Source: an uncultured Hormoscilla sp.
GTDB taxonomy: Bacteria > Cyanobacteriota > Cyanobacteriia > Cyanobacteriales > Desertifilaceae
NCBI GenBank assembly: GCA_963921275.4
Contig: OZ001293.3
Coordinates: forward strand, 2,496,001 to 2,560,000
DNA: 64,000 bases
Direction: 5' to 3'
The notes under the pieces were generated by a model. The model ran no database searches, was not told the DNA's origin, and saw nothing but the letters and a program-made list of their open reading frames with translations. Each line of letters begins with the position of its first letter. Position 1 is the first letter of the stretch. The position numbers and the translations under genes are program-made. Shown piece by piece: positions 21,282 through 33,347 of the stretch.

Positions 21282-22700
21282 GTGTGATTCGTTTGGTGGT
21301 CCCCCACGGTGGGGGACCACCAGCAGGATTCCATTAGCCCTGACAACTTATAGATGATGTGGGTGCAAGCCCCACCCTCCAGGTGCAGGAGTGACAGCAC
21401 CTTCCCGGCGGTAGCGATGGCATCAATCCGTAAAGCGGGAAGGAAAGGCGCACGGCTGGCGCCGCGCTGCGCGATCTGGCTGGCAGCCCTAAAACCGGTC
21501 ATCGTCAAGCAAGTAGCCATGGTGAACGCAAGTGAAGGCTCACAAGTGTCGTTAGACATAACCAGTGAAATAAGGCTGATACACTGGCCCCAAAAGGGGA
21601 AGGATATAGGTCGCTGGCCAATGGGCAATGGACGCACCGACAACAAACCCGGCATAAAGAGTCCACCTAAAGCTACAACCAATCGTCTATAGGAACGAAG
21701 TAACCCGGATATGTACTCTCTACCAAGGTCGATAGGTAGAGTAGCCACCAAAGGCGCAACATCTGCTTCCATCAGGCAGGTCATAACCGGGAAGGATTGA
21801 GTGGAGGAGCAAACGCCTATCTGTAATGGATAGGATAAGCTGACGCCCTCACGGTGAAGTGAAAAGTAGAGTTGCAAGTAACAGCACAAAAGTTATGAGC
21901 ACGGTAAATCAACCGATGTATGAATGGAACGCAATCCCCTGGCGCAAGTTGGAGAGGAGAGTGTTTAAGCTGCAAAAACATTTCTACAAAGCGGCACAAC
22001 GTGGCGATAAGCAGAATGTCCGCAAACTCCAGAGATTACTAACGAAGTCCTGGTCAGCAAAATGCCTGGCCGTGCGACGGGTAACACAGGATAATAATGG
22101 CAAAAACACCGCCAGCGTTGATGGGGTCAAAACTATTAGCCCTAAAGAGCGCCTAGAGATGCGCATGGTTGAAAGCCGGTGTGGTAGATGTAGGACAAAT
22201 ACAACCAAGGTCGATAGGTAGAGTAGCCACCAAAGGCGCAACATCTGCTTCCATCAGGCAGGTCATAACCGGGAAGGATTGAGTGGAGGAGCAAACGCCT
22301 ATCTGTAATGGATAGGATAAGCTGACGCCCTCACGGTGAAGTGAAAAGTAGAGTTGCAAGTAACAGCACAAAAGTTATGAGCACGGTAAATCAACCGATG
22401 TATGAATGGAACGCAATCCCCTGGCGCAAGTTGGAGAGGAGAGTGTTTAAGCTGCAAAAACATTTCTACAAAGCGGCACAACGTGGCGATAAACAGAATG
22501 TCCGCAAACTCCAGAGATTACTAACGAAGTCCTGGTCAGCAAAATGCCTGGCCGTGCGACGGGTAACACAGGATAATAATGGCAAAACACCGCCAGCGTT
22601 GATGGGGTCAAAACTATTAGCCCTAAAGAGCGCCTAGAGATGCGCATGGTTGAAAGCCGGTGTGGTAGATGTAGGACAAATACAGACACCCGAAGGTAGT
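21282..22700 (+). mobile_element. Group II intron A, 3'-truncated, with deleted RT and a 482-bp tandem duplication
   Basis: 5' GTGTGATTCG; domain I collinear with intron C; RT0 YEWNAIPWRKLERRVFKLQK; no D5/D6. Confidence 0.85.
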
Positions 22701-22774
22701 CAACTGGCAGGATCCACGCCCGGACTGCAGCCAGTTGAGCGAAAATAACTGACCGGTGTCTCTGGAGTAGTGCG

Positions 22775-23609
<835 letters not shown>

Positions 23610-23735
23610 TTTACGATGTCTTCTGGGTAGTGTGATTAGCGCCCCCAGAAGACATCGAGATATCCGGAGACACCGGAAGCAACGCTAGTCCAATCGCTAA
23701 ATTTTTACCCGATTTTTATCCCGCGCCACCGATCG

Positions 23736-24173
23736 TTAGTCACCGAGCGCTGACACTAGGGCATGTAACCCCAGCCGATAACTTTCTGCACCAAAGCCAC
23801 TAATTTGCCCCACTGCCACCGGCGCTATATATGAATGATGGCGGAAGCTTTCACGGCGATAGATGTTGCTGAGGTGAACCTCCACCGTCGGTATGGCCAC
23901 TGCGGCGATCGCATCTCTAATAGCCACGCTAGTATGGGTATATGCTCCAGCATTGATCAGCAACCCTACATAGCGACCTCGGGCCTGATGGATCGCATCT
24001 ACCAAAGCACCCTCGTGGTTCGACTGGAAGCTTGACACCTTTACCTTAAGCGAGCGCGCTTCCGAATCTAGGAGGCGATTAATGCCCTCTAGGGTTAAGC
24101 TACCATAAATCTCTGGTTCTCGTTGACCCAATAGATTTAGATTTGGTCCATGCAGTACTAAAACCTCTAACAA
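23736..24173 (-). CDS. aroQ: Type II 3-dehydroquinate dehydratase
   Basis: [26 protein letters not shown] and EVHLSN motifs. Confidence 0.97.
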   Translation of the reverse strand: MLEVLVLHGPNLNLLGQREPEIYGSLTLEGINRLLDSEARSLKVKVSSFQSNHEGALVDAIHQARGRYVGLLINAGAYTHTSVAIRDAIAAVAIPTVEVHLSNIYRRESFRHHSYIAPVAVGQISGFGAESYRLGLHALVSALGD

Positions 24174-24201
24174 AATCCTCCTCCCAAATCAAGGAAGACC
24201 A

Positions 24202-24342
24202 CTACCGATGCCTGCTTTCTGGATCTTTTACTGGGATGGGAATCAGCTCCGGTTCTGGCTGGACATCTGGTCCGACTAGCGCTTCTATGAGCTTGCGAGC
24301 CCATTCCTTAATTTTTTCCAGTATCTTGTCGATGTAGTCCAT
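24202..24342 (-). CDS. 46-aa small protein absent from the ORF track
   Basis: SD AAGGAG; MDYIDKILEKIKEWARKLIEALVGPDVQPEPELIPIPVKDPESRHR. Confidence 0.7.
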   Translation of the reverse strand: MDYIDKILEKIKEWARKLIEALVGPDVQPEPELIPIPVKDPESRHR

Positions 24343-24435
24343 TAATTAAAAGCTCCTTCACTATAGCCTGTTCTCGCTACTTAAGAGTGATACCCGTCAT
24401 CCCTTACACTCTTTACTCGATCATAACGAATATTC

Positions 24436-25719
24436 TCAAAGATCGACAAACCTGGTTTTTGTCTCCTCTCTGGTTGACAATTGGCGTCGCAGATGGTCAA
24501 GAGCACTGCAAGCGCTCCGGTGACGAATCATATCCCTGTCTTGCTGCGAACCAAAACGATGCTTAAAGCTCTGTACGCCGTCAGCAGCAGCCAGACCCAC
24601 ATAAACTAATCCTACTGGTTTGGACTCTGTACCGCCTCCTGGTCCAGCAATCCCCGTAATACTCAGTCCCCAGGTAGTCCCCATCAGCTTTTGGACTCCC
24701 ATAGCCATTTGCTGGGCGACAACATCACTTACAGCTCCCGAAAGGGCCAACTCTGCGGGATTTACACCCAGCTGGTCAACTTTCACCTGATTGTCATAAG
24801 AAATGATCCCGCCCTGGAAGTAATTAGAGCTTCCAGCCACCGTGGTAAGCATACTACCCAGACCTCCACCGGTGCATGATTCAGCAACGCTTAGGGTTTC
24901 ACCCGCCGCCAGCAGCAGCTTTCCCACCACTTCTGCCAGAGTTTCGTCATCAGCACCATAGCAGTTTAGTCCGCCAATCTGTCGCAGCTTTTCTTCCACT
25001 GGCGAAATCCGTTGGCGGGCCGTCTCTGCTGAAGAAGCTTTAGCACTGATGCGTAGCTTCACCTCTCCCTTCCCCGCATAGGGCGCAACTGTGGGGTTGG
25101 GCATATCTAGGATGGACGGTGGGATCTTTTCTACTAAAGCTGATTCTCCAATACCCCAAAACTTTAACGTCCGACTGTAGATTATTTCTTTACCCCAGCC
25201 CTTACTTTTTAGATAGGGTACAGCGGTTTCCCTCCACATCCGGTGCATTTCTGAGGGGACACCCGGGAAGGTAAGAATCGTCAGATCCGCGGGGGGTTGC
25301 CAGATTATACCTGGTGCTGTCCCCGCTGGGTTGGGTAAAACTGAAGCACCCTGGGGAATCAATGCTTGTTTGCGGTTACTGGGGTTCATTTTACGCCCCC
25401 TAGATGCGTATTTTTGGGTAATGTCTGCTAATAACTCTCGCTCCTCCACCAGCGGTACGCCAAAAAAGTCGGCAATAGTTTCGCAGGTAAGGTCATCGGG
25501 AGTTGGTCCCAGACCACCTGTGAATATTAGTATTTTCGCTCCCCGATCGATCGCTATTGCGATCGCCCGTTTTATTCGCTCCCGATTATCACCCACTACC
25601 GTTTGATAGTAGTGCGTAATTCCCAGACTCGCCAACTGCTGGGCTAAAAATTGGGCATTCCTATTGATAATCTCTCCTAAAAGTAATTCCGTTCCTACAC
25701 AAATAATTTCAGCTGTCAT
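24436..25719 (-). CDS. cinA: Competence/damage-inducible protein A
   Basis: GTELLLG, GGLGPTPDDLT, AESCTGG and SITGIAGPGGG motifs. Confidence 0.95.
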   Translation of the reverse strand: MTAEIICVGTELLLGEIINRNAQFLAQQLASLGITHYYQTVVGDNRERIKRAIAIAIDRGAKILIFTGGLGPTPDDLTCETIADFFGVPLVEERELLADITQKYASRGRKMNPSNRKQALIPQGASVLPNPAGTAPGIIWQPPADLTILTFPGVPSEMHRMWRETAVPYLKSKGWGKEIIYSRTLKFWGIGESALVEKIPPSILDMPNPTVAPYAGKGEVKLRISAKASSAETARQRISPVEEKLRQIGGLNCYGADDETLAEVVGKLLLAAGETLSVAESCTGGGLGSMLTTVAGSSNYFQGGIISYDNQVKVDQLGVNPAELALSGAVSDVVAQQMAMGVQKLMGTTWGLSITGIAGPGGGTESKPVGLVYVGLAAADGVQSFKHRFGSQQDRDMIRHRSACSALDHLRRQLSTREETKTRFVDL

Positions 25720-25966
25720 TGTTAATTATTAATTGTTAATTGTTCATGCCTTGCCGATCTATTTAACAATTATAGTTATCTAATCAGCTCTTTGATATTG
25801 CTTCTTTTGACTGTGTCAATCGTTTCTTTTGCTAAAACTAGATTACCCGTGTTTTTCGTTGATTCTCTTAACCACTAACAATGGCAAATTTAAATTGCCA
25901 ATTGCCGCGAATGGGCATAATAAATAATCAACAATTCTCAATTCCCAATGCTCAATTCTTCATACT

Positions 25967-27010
25967 TTACTGTCGAGCTTGCTTTTCAACTTTCCAGGTA
26001 GTGTAACCTAGGAGTAAGGTAGCACCGATCGCGTAAGTCTGACCACCAGGCAGACCAGCGACAGCCAAAGATAAACTTCCCACCCAGAGAGTCAAGGAGT
26101 AAATAAATAAAACCGTTAAACGATGGGAAAGACCAGCTGACAGCAGTCGGTGATGCAGATGACGCTTATCCGCTATAAAGGGCGATCGGCCATTAAGAAG
26201 TCGGTTCAAAATCACAGCTGACATATCCAAAATCGGCACAGCCAGAATCAAGTATGGTAGCACTGCTGCTGTAACAGCAGTAGTTTTGACCAAACCAATC
26301 ACCCCTACTCCGGCCAGGGTAAATCCCATAAAATAAGCTCCGCCATCTCCCATAAAGATCTGAGCTGGGTTAAAATTATAGCGCAGAAATCCCAAACATC
26401 CCCCCGCTAGGGCAGCGGCAATTAAGGCCGCTGCTGGTTGAGCCATAAACAAGCTGACAACCAACATTACCACGGCGGCAATTCCCGAGACTCCTGCGGC
26501 TAGACCATCTAGACCATCGATCCAGTTAATCGCATTCACCATTCCCACTAGCCAAATCACAGTGATTGGCATTGAGATCAAGTCTGGTAGAGAGACTAGA
26601 CCAGCAAAGGGAATTGTGATAAACTCGATTTGCACTCCCACATTCCAGGCCCAACTAGCGATGATTACCTGGATCAGGAGTCGAGAGAAAGGCGAGAGAC
26701 CGAATAGGTCATCTGCTAGGCCAATCAGGAAAAAGGCCAGACTGCCAACCGTGACTCCCCAAACCTCATACTCTTTATCTGGGGGCAAAACGCCAAAGCC
26801 TCCCGCCCACCATACTACCAATAGGGCTCCAATTGTACCTAAAAATATGGCCATACCCCCTAAGCGTACCATTGGCGCAGAGTGAACTTTCCGTTTGTCA
26901 GGGATATCCACCCGCCCATTTTTTAGTCCTATTTCCTTGACTATTGGCGTGGTTGCTAGGACAACCAAGGCCGATACTATAAAGGCAACTAGGTGGTACA
27001 ACTGGTAAGG
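25967..27010 (-). CDS. MraY/WecA/TagO-family polyprenyl-phosphate GlcNAc-1-P transferase
   Basis: NAINWIDGLDGLA, IFMGDGG and HLHHRL motifs. Confidence 0.92.
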   Translation of the reverse strand, partial: PYQLYHLVAFIVSALVVLATTPIVKEIGLKNGRVDIPDKRKVHSAPMVRLGGMAIFLGTIGALLVVWWAGGFGVLPPDKEYEVWGVTVGSLAFFLIGLADDLFGLSPFSRLLIQVIIASWAWNVGVQIEFITIPFAGLVSLPDLISMPITVIWLVGMVNAINWIDGLDGLAAGVSGIAAVVMLVVSLFMAQPAAALIAAALAGGCLGFLRYNFNPAQIFMGDGGAYFMGFTLAGVGVIGLVKTTAVTAAVLPYLILAVPILDMSAVILNRLLNGRSPFIADKRHLHHRLLSAGLSHRLTVLFIYSLTLWVGSLSLAVAGLPGGQTYAIGATLLLGYTTWKVEKQARQ

Positions 27011-27306
27011 CATCTGAAACTCAGCTTGGGAGCTATACATTCATTTGCATATGACAGTTATATACAGAACTCTAGATTTTTTGATATTTTCCAGATATTC
27101 GGATATAAATTTAAGCTATTATTTCTCTATAGGCTCACTACAATTGGGTGGAGAGCAATTACAGACTTCATTGAGGGGTACATCTCACTTTTGCTGTGGG
27201 GAATGGTTTCACTCTTTTGCCCAGAAACCCGGTTTTTTGCTCATACCGGGTTTCTTAATTTAAGCATTGAATAGCTTCTGACTGCACTTGGTGAGAATTA
27301 GGCTCT

Positions 27307-28581
27307 TCAGGGCACCCGATAGCTTAAGTGTTGATATAGGGTGAAGCGATCGCACAAGGCAGCTACCCGAGGTCGACAGTCTTGTTGGACGGTATCATCC
27401 TCTGGAGAAGTCAGGCGATCGGCAATAATATTAGCGATTTGAGTGAATTCCCCTGTGCCCATGCCCCTTGTGGTCATTGCCGGCGATCCCAGCCGCAAAC
27501 CACTGGTGACAAAGGGGGATTCTGGATCGAAGGGCACTGTGTTCTTGTTGGCAGTAATATTAATATTACCGAGGAGCTGGTCGGCTTGCTTGCCAGTCAT
27601 GCCGATCGATCGCAGGTCCACGAGTAATAAATGGTTATCTGTGCCACCAGAGACTATCTTCAGACCTCGCTGCTGTAACTGCTGCGCTAAGGCTTGGGCA
27701 TTAGCAATCACTTGAGCCGAATAGTGCTTAAATTCAGGCTGCAAGGCTTCGCCAAAGGCAACGGCTTTAGCAGCAATTACATGTTCTAAGGGACCGCCTT
27801 GAGTACCGGGGAATACAGCTTTATTGAACTTTTTGCCCAGTTCGGGATCGTTGGTCATGATTAAACCACCCCTGGGACCGCGTAGGGTCTTGTGAGTGGT
27901 TGTAGTCACCACATGACAGTAGGGAAGGGGGTTGGGGTGATGACCAGTGGCAACCAAACCGGCGATGTGAGCAATGTCTGCCAGCAGGTAAGCACCAATT
28001 TCATCAGCGATCGCCCGGAATTTCTCAAACTCGATCGTCCGAGAATAAGCTGAATAACCGCAAATTATCAGTTTAGGACGATGCTGAAGCGCCAGGTCCC
28101 GCACCTGGTCGTAGTCCAGCACCTCTGTGGAGGCACTCACCCCATAATGACAGACCTTAAACCACTTACCCGAAACGTTCACGGGGGAACCATGAGTCAA
28201 ATGACCTCCGTGAGACAGATCCATACCCATAATCTTATCGCCAGGCTCCAGCAGGGCTAGGAACACGGCTAAATTAGCCTGAGCGCCTGAGTGGGGTTGG
28301 ACATTAGCATGAGCTGCACCAAATAGCTGTTTAACCCGGTCAATGGCCAGTTGTTCCGCCTTGTCGATAAATTCACAGCCGCCGTAATAGCGTTTTTTCG
28401 GCAACCCTTCGGCATACTTGTTGGTCAGAACCGAGCCTTGAGCGGCCAACACCGCTGGTGAGGTAAAATTTTCACTGGCTATCAGTTCCAGGTGCTCCCG
28501 TTGACGCTGTAGTTCGGACTGGATGATTTCGGCAACCACTGGATCGGTTTTGGCCAATTCGTATATATTTGTCATAGTCAC
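27307..28581 (-). CDS. glyA: Serine hydroxymethyltransferase
   Basis: LIASENF, NKYAEG and [14 protein letters not shown] motifs. Confidence 0.98.
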   Translation of the reverse strand: MTMTNIYELAKTDPVVAEIIQSELQRQREHLELIASENFTSPAVLAAQGSVLTNKYAEGLPKKRYYGGCEFIDKAEQLAIDRVKQLFGAAHANVQPHSGAQANLAVFLALLEPGDKIMGMDLSHGGHLTHGSPVNVSGKWFKVCHYGVSASTEVLDYDQVRDLALQHRPKLIICGYSAYSRTIEFEKFRAIADEIGAYLLADIAHIAGLVATGHHPNPLPYCHVVTTTTHKTLRGPRGGLIMTNDPELGKKFNKAVFPGTQGGPLEHVIAAKAVAFGEALQPEFKHYSAQVIANAQALAQQLQQRGLKIVSGGTDNHLLLVDLRSIGMTGKQADQLLGNINITANKNTVPFDPESPFVTSGLRLGSPAMTTRGMGTGEFTQIANIIADRLTSPEDDTVQQDCRPRVAALCDRFTLYQHLSYRVP

Positions 28582-28843
28582 TCTCAGCTTTTCCCCAAAA
28601 TTACTAACAGTTTCAGGTTCGCAATTCGGCTATCGCAAGCACCAATGGTCTCCTGAGTCAACCATCATAACTGAAAACTAGGACAATCCGGCGATCTGGA
28701 TCTAATTACTGGAGTCCGACGTGCTGGTAGAGTTGCCCAATCCGATCGCTGCTAATATTAAGTTATGTATTGATTAACACTATGCTAAACAACTACCCAC
28801 TTAAAATGAAGATAGTGGCCTCGCAGAGCTGCTGGAGGTAAGC

Positions 28844-29041
28844 ATGTTAGTTATTTTAATAGACGATCGAATCCTCGCTCCCAAAATAGTTTGTCAAGGC
28901 TGTTTACTTGCAGATCGCCAGGGCGAACCCCGCTGGCAGGGCGGTCAGCTGCGTTGCGGTCAAGCCCTTCAGAAACTGGCTCCTCAGCAACCAGAGCAGT
29001 ATGAATGTCAAATGGGCTTTCGAGTGGCCAAGGTGGAATAG
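28844..29041 (+). CDS. Small Cys-rich conserved cyanobacterial protein
   Basis: SD GGAGG; CQGC..C..YECQMGFRV. Confidence 0.7.
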   Translation: MLVILIDDRILAPKIVCQGCLLADRQGEPRWQGGQLRCGQALQKLAPQQPEQYECQMGFRVAKVE

Positions 29042-29144
29042 CCGCCGCCTCTGGGCCAGACTGAGCAATTATTCCCTCCGCTGCGTTATTGTGGAGTATA
29101 GAGGTTCACTAACTGCTGCAACTGCTTGGAGAGGACATACTACC

Positions 29145-29621
29145 ATGACTTGGCAAGGATCTACAACTGTACGGGACCGAATTTTTGCGGCCCTGCCTTA
29201 TTTGCTGCCCTTGATCGATGGACTGAGGTTTAGCGGATTCTTATTTGAGCAGTTTCCGGCTCTGAGAGTAATTTTTCTGCCACTGGTGCCCTTGCTGCAA
29301 ATTTACCGTGGCGTGCCATTTGCAGGGCTGATTATTTTCTTTGGCTTATTTTTACTGGTGGTCAGAAATACTGACATCAATTACTTTATTCGTTTGAACA
29401 CCATGCAGGCGATTCTGATCGACATCGCTTTGATTCTCTGTAGTCTGGTTGTACCTTTCTTGGCTAATGTTATTCAGGTGCCTCTGGTGGTAGAAACGCT
29501 TTACAATACAATATTTCTGGCGATTGTCATCGCCTGTGTCTATGCAGTCTCGTCCTCACTCATGGGGCGTGACTCGGAAATGCCGCTCATAACTGAAGCA
29601 GCTCGCATGCAAGTCCGTTAG
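29145..29621 (+). CDS. Tic20/Ycf60-family membrane protein
   Basis: MTWQGST..DRIFAALPYLLPL and FIRLNTMQAILIDI motifs. Confidence 0.9.
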   Translation: MTWQGSTTVRDRIFAALPYLLPLIDGLRFSGFLFEQFPALRVIFLPLVPLLQIYRGVPFAGLIIFFGLFLLVVRNTDINYFIRLNTMQAILIDIALILCSLVVPFLANVIQVPLVVETLYNTIFLAIVIACVYAVSSSLMGRDSEMPLITEAARMQVR

Positions 29622-29680
29622 GAACTATTGTTATAACTGGCAGCCCCGACAGCCCGGAACTAGGGCATAACTGTACAGGC

Positions 29681-29820
29681 GAGCGGTCTCCTGGGTAGTG
29701 CTCCTACGATGTCTCCCGGGTAGTGCGACTAGACACGCGAGCGCTCTCCTGGGTAGTGCGATTAGCGCTCCCAGGAGACCGCTCGCCCTGTCGGAGGACA
29801 TCAAGATCCTAGGAGACACC
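29681..29820 (+). repeat. Triple-nested hairpin repeat between convergent genes
   Basis: Three TCTCC(T/C)GGGTAGTGC openings followed by three closing arms. Confidence 0.8.
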
Positions 29821-30588
29821 TCAGACAACGGGATTTTCCAGGAAGCCGATGCCTTCGATTTCCACCCGGACCCGATCGCCCACCTGCATGGGCCCCACTC
29901 CAGCTGGGGTACCAGTCAATACTACATCCCCTGGTAACAGGGACATGATCCTAGAGATGTAGGAGACGAGAAAATCAGGTGAAAATACCATATCATCAAT
30001 GGAGATAGATTGTACAGGACTCTCATTGTCGTTGAGGTAGGTTTGCAATTGGGCACCCGGACTTAATTCTCTGACGACCCAAGGACCGAGTGGGCAGAAG
30101 GTATCAAAACTCTTGGCCCGCGTCCATTGACCGTCCCGCCGCTGTAGATCCCTGGCAGTGACATCATTGGCGATCGTGTAGCCCCAAATCTTGGCGCTCG
30201 CCTGCTCTGGGGTACAATCTAGACAACGATCGCCGATCACCACAGCCAATTCGCCTTCATAGTCTACTCGCTGGGATTGAGACGGATAGCGGATAGGACT
30301 ACCGGCTGAGATGATTGTGGTGGATGGCTTGAGAAATAACAAGGGTTCCTTTGGTACAGGGGTTCCCATCTCCGCTGCATGTTGGGCATAATTTTTCCCC
30401 ACCGCCACAATCTTAGAAGGGGCGCAGGGGGCGAGAACCTGGTACTGTTCGTACTCTAGGGACAGATTAGTCGGTTGACCTTGCAACCACGGGGGAGCAT
30501 CTAGTACCTGCACCTGTCGGTTCAGTTGCAGTAACCCGTAGTAAATCTGTCCCTCTGTCGTTTGTACTCGGACGTAGCGTTGCGCCAT
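29821..30588 (-). CDS. Fumarylacetoacetate hydrolase-family protein
   Basis: VGKNYAQH, DYEGEL, NDVTARD, KSFDTFCPLGP and TGTPAGVG motifs. Confidence 0.93.
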   Translation of the reverse strand: MAQRYVRVQTTEGQIYYGLLQLNRQVQVLDAPPWLQGQPTNLSLEYEQYQVLAPCAPSKIVAVGKNYAQHAAEMGTPVPKEPLLFLKPSTTIISAGSPIRYPSQSQRVDYEGELAVVIGDRCLDCTPEQASAKIWGYTIANDVTARDLQRRDGQWTRAKSFDTFCPLGPWVVRELSPGAQLQTYLNDNESPVQSISIDDMVFSPDFLVSYISRIMSLLPGDVVLTGTPAGVGPMQVGDRVRVEIEGIGFLENPVV

Positions 30589-30802
30589 AACCTCAATTCC
30601 TAAAGACTCTATAATCTTGATTTTTCCCAACCATCACCGGTGGCGGCGTACCCTGGTCGCTCGATGTCCCCCCACCAGGGGACGCGCTGCACTACCCCCG
30701 AGAGATCGTACTCGCATTACCCAGGGGACGTCGGGTAGTAATCAAGGGGTCGGGCAAAAATATATTTTCGTGATTTTAGCCAGAATATTCTAGCTTTGAT
30801 AA

Positions 30803-30921
30803 TAGACCTCTTACATAAGTCAATTTTTCTGTAGGGGCAAAGCATTTGTTCCTAATTTTATAGACAAATATATAAATGTATTCAAATGCTTTGCCCGCTC
30901 GTTATTTTTGCAAGAGGTCTA
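30803..30921. mobile_element. MITE (TAGACCTCTT..AAGAGGTCTA) with an internal REP-like hairpin
   Basis: Terminal inverted repeats; inner GGGCAAAGCATTTG / CAAATGCTTTGCCC. Confidence 0.7.
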
Positions 30922-31013
30922 ATATACAATAGTAAGTCCTTGCTTCTGCAACAAAAGTCACTGGATACCGCCGGTGCAGAAGCCGTCTAGTCCAGAAGGA
31001 GAATCCACCATCC

Positions 31014-31343
31014 ATGAAACGTTACGTTTACGAAACAATGTACATCCTGCGTCCTGATTTGGGCGAGGAATTGACCGAACGGGCGATCGAGAAGTATCAA
31101 ACCCTGCTGCGTGATATGGGAGCAGAAATCCTGGAAACCCAGCACCGGGGTAAGCGCCGTCTCGCCTATGAGATTAAAAAACAACGAGAGGGTGTCTATA
31201 TCCAAATGAATTACCAGGCCGATGGAAGCGCGATCGCCTTTCTAGAGCGTTCTCTGCGCCTCAGTGAGGATGTGATTCGCTATCTTACCATTAAGCAGGA
31301 GGTGAAGGAGGACAAAGAGACGCCACAACCTGCTGAGACCTAA
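31014..31343 (+). CDS. rpsF: 30S ribosomal protein S6
   Basis: [10 protein letters not shown] and GKRRLAYEI motifs. Confidence 0.97.
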   Translation: MKRYVYETMYILRPDLGEELTERAIEKYQTLLRDMGAEILETQHRGKRRLAYEIKKQREGVYIQMNYQADGSAIAFLERSLRLSEDVIRYLTIKQEVKEDKETPQPAET

Positions 31344-31649
31344 ATTTATGGTTTTCTTTGCAACTCATGTAATTGGATAATAGTTAGTAGTTAGTAGTTA
31401 TATTAAGATAAAACGCTAACTACTATAAAATATTATGTTGCATAATCTGATCGAATTATTGCAAGCACAAAAGTTACGCTTCTTGAACTATTCTACCGCA
31501 TCGGTGGTGAGGAGGCCAATAAGTTCCCAGGCGGATCGAGGGAAGGAGGCGAATTATAAATTTCAAATTATAAATTTCAAATTATAAATTTCAAACTATA
31601 AAACGGCAGTAAAAAAATATATAACGCATAAGTGATAGAAGAAAAGGCG

Positions 31650-32647
31650 ATGAAGCTATCCAAGAACAACTTAGACCAGCGGTTATCTCATTTATACGAT
31701 GCGATCGTGGTTGGGGGTGGTGCCGGGGGACTGTCAGCTGCGATTTACCTACAGCGATATCGCCTGGACTGTTTGGCGATTGAAAAAGGGCGGGGGCGTT
31801 CTTTCTGGATGCAGGACTTGAGAAATTACCTGGGTTTGCCTCCAGATACAGCAGGATGTACCATGCTGCAACCGGGAGAGAAACATTTTCTCTCTCTCAA
31901 TGGTGATTATCTGCGGGGTTATGTAGAAGAAGTCTCCGATGAGGGCGAAACTTTTGCAGTTAAGGTTAAGGTTGGTAAGAAGGATAGCATTTATCGAGTA
32001 TTTCGCTCTAAATACCTGATCGCTGCCAGTGGCATCATCGATCATCTCCCCCAGCTACCAAATATGCAGAATGTCTATGACTATGCTGGATACAATCTGC
32101 ATGTCTGCATGATCTGTGATGGTTACGAGATGTCTGATAAGAATTGCGGGTTGTTCGTTGGTTCCGAAAGCGCGATAAATACAGCTTTTGTCTTGAATTG
32201 GTTTAGCCCCTACATCACCGTGTTTACTCAGGAGCTGTTTGCAGTCGGTATGGAAATAAACTGGCAGAACATGGCTATCCCCTAGTTGAGCAGCCCATCA
32301 AACGCTTTTTGGGGCATAATCATGAAATGACCGGGGTAGAACTGGCCGATGGCTCGACAGTTGAACTGGAAACGGGACTGGTGGCGATGGGTTCTCACTA
32401 CCACAATGAATATCTCCAGGGTTTGGATCTAGAGTGGCAGGGCCATAACTTGGTTACCTATGATATGTGTCGTACTTCCCATCCTCGCTTATTTGCCTTG
32501 GGATACTTAAAAGTAGGTCTCAATCAGGTGTCAATTGCTGTAGCAGATGGTACATTAGCAGCAACGGCAATTTGGCGAGATATCCGTCGTGCATCACAGG
32601 CACGTCGCTGGGAAGAGAAGATCGAAGACTATGGGGCAGTAAGTTAA
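31650..32647 (+). pseudogene. Thioredoxin reductase-like FAD oxidoreductase, frameshifted near 32255
   Basis: GGGAGG and CMICDG in the first ORF; the C-terminal half continues in another frame (KLAEHGYPLVEQP). Confidence 0.85.
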
Positions 32648-32662
32648 CGGAGCTATAAAAAA

Positions 32663-33217
32663 GTGACTACTACTACCGACGATACTACTGTTAATCCCGA
32701 ACAGCTACAAGCAGAAATGACTCACTTGCGCGAAGAGTTACAGATGCGCGACCAGCTGGTGCAACAATTGTCTCAAGAGCTTTTCCGATTGGTTAAAGGC
32801 AATGCTAGTTTTATGCCTAATCAATTAGAATCTGAAGGTAATATGGCCCAAATTCAGGCTCTGCAAGAGCAGCTACGAGGCTTTTCCGAACAGATAGGAT
32901 TTTATCAAGAGCAAATTGCCTCTCGGGATGCGGAAATTTACCAACTGCGGCATACAGTGCAGGAATTGACTGACCGTAGTCGGATGTTGGAAATGGCAGT
33001 ACAGGAATTGCCTCATATATATCGCCAGAAGTTTGCGGAAAGGATAGAACCGGTGAAAGAAAGACTGGATATGCTGCAACGGGAAAACCGTCAACTGCAT
33101 GCAGAATTGCAAAGTGTGAGTTACCGTCTGGCTGTCAAAACCCGCAGCGCGATCGATTTGCCTTCTTTCCCTCCGTTAGATTCTGACGATGCGGGTGGCC
33201 AGACTGGTAAAGCATGA
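32663..33217 (+). CDS. Cyanobacterial coiled-coil protein (Npun_F5560-like)
   Basis: LQMRDQLVQQLSQELFRLVKGN and ELQSVSYRLA. Confidence 0.75.
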   Translation: MTTTTDDTTVNPEQLQAEMTHLREELQMRDQLVQQLSQELFRLVKGNASFMPNQLESEGNMAQIQALQEQLRGFSEQIGFYQEQIASRDAEIYQLRHTVQELTDRSRMLEMAVQELPHIYRQKFAERIEPVKERLDMLQRENRQLHAELQSVSYRLAVKTRSAIDLPSFPPLDSDDAGGQTGKA

Positions 33218-33347
33218 GTAAATATTCAGATATTAGCAATCGGCATATAGCAGTAAGCTGATCGTATCAGGCTGAATGCTTACTGGACGCGATCGGTCCA
33301 ATCGATCGGAAGTCAAATGTAGCTAATAATAGGATATGATGGTCTTA

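Noticed and set aside
21224..21889. 221-aa minus-strand ORF and short ORFs over introns (46540, 47081, 49850)
   Set aside because: Overlap structured intron RNA; no protein features.
21722..22684. Duplication as a DGR template/variable repeat pair
   Set aside because: Copies are almost identical, show no adenine-specific variation and consist of intron sequence.
28908..29144. Extended start of the Tic20 ORF
   Set aside because: Overlaps the upstream small gene; family-like start MTWQGS with SD at 29145.
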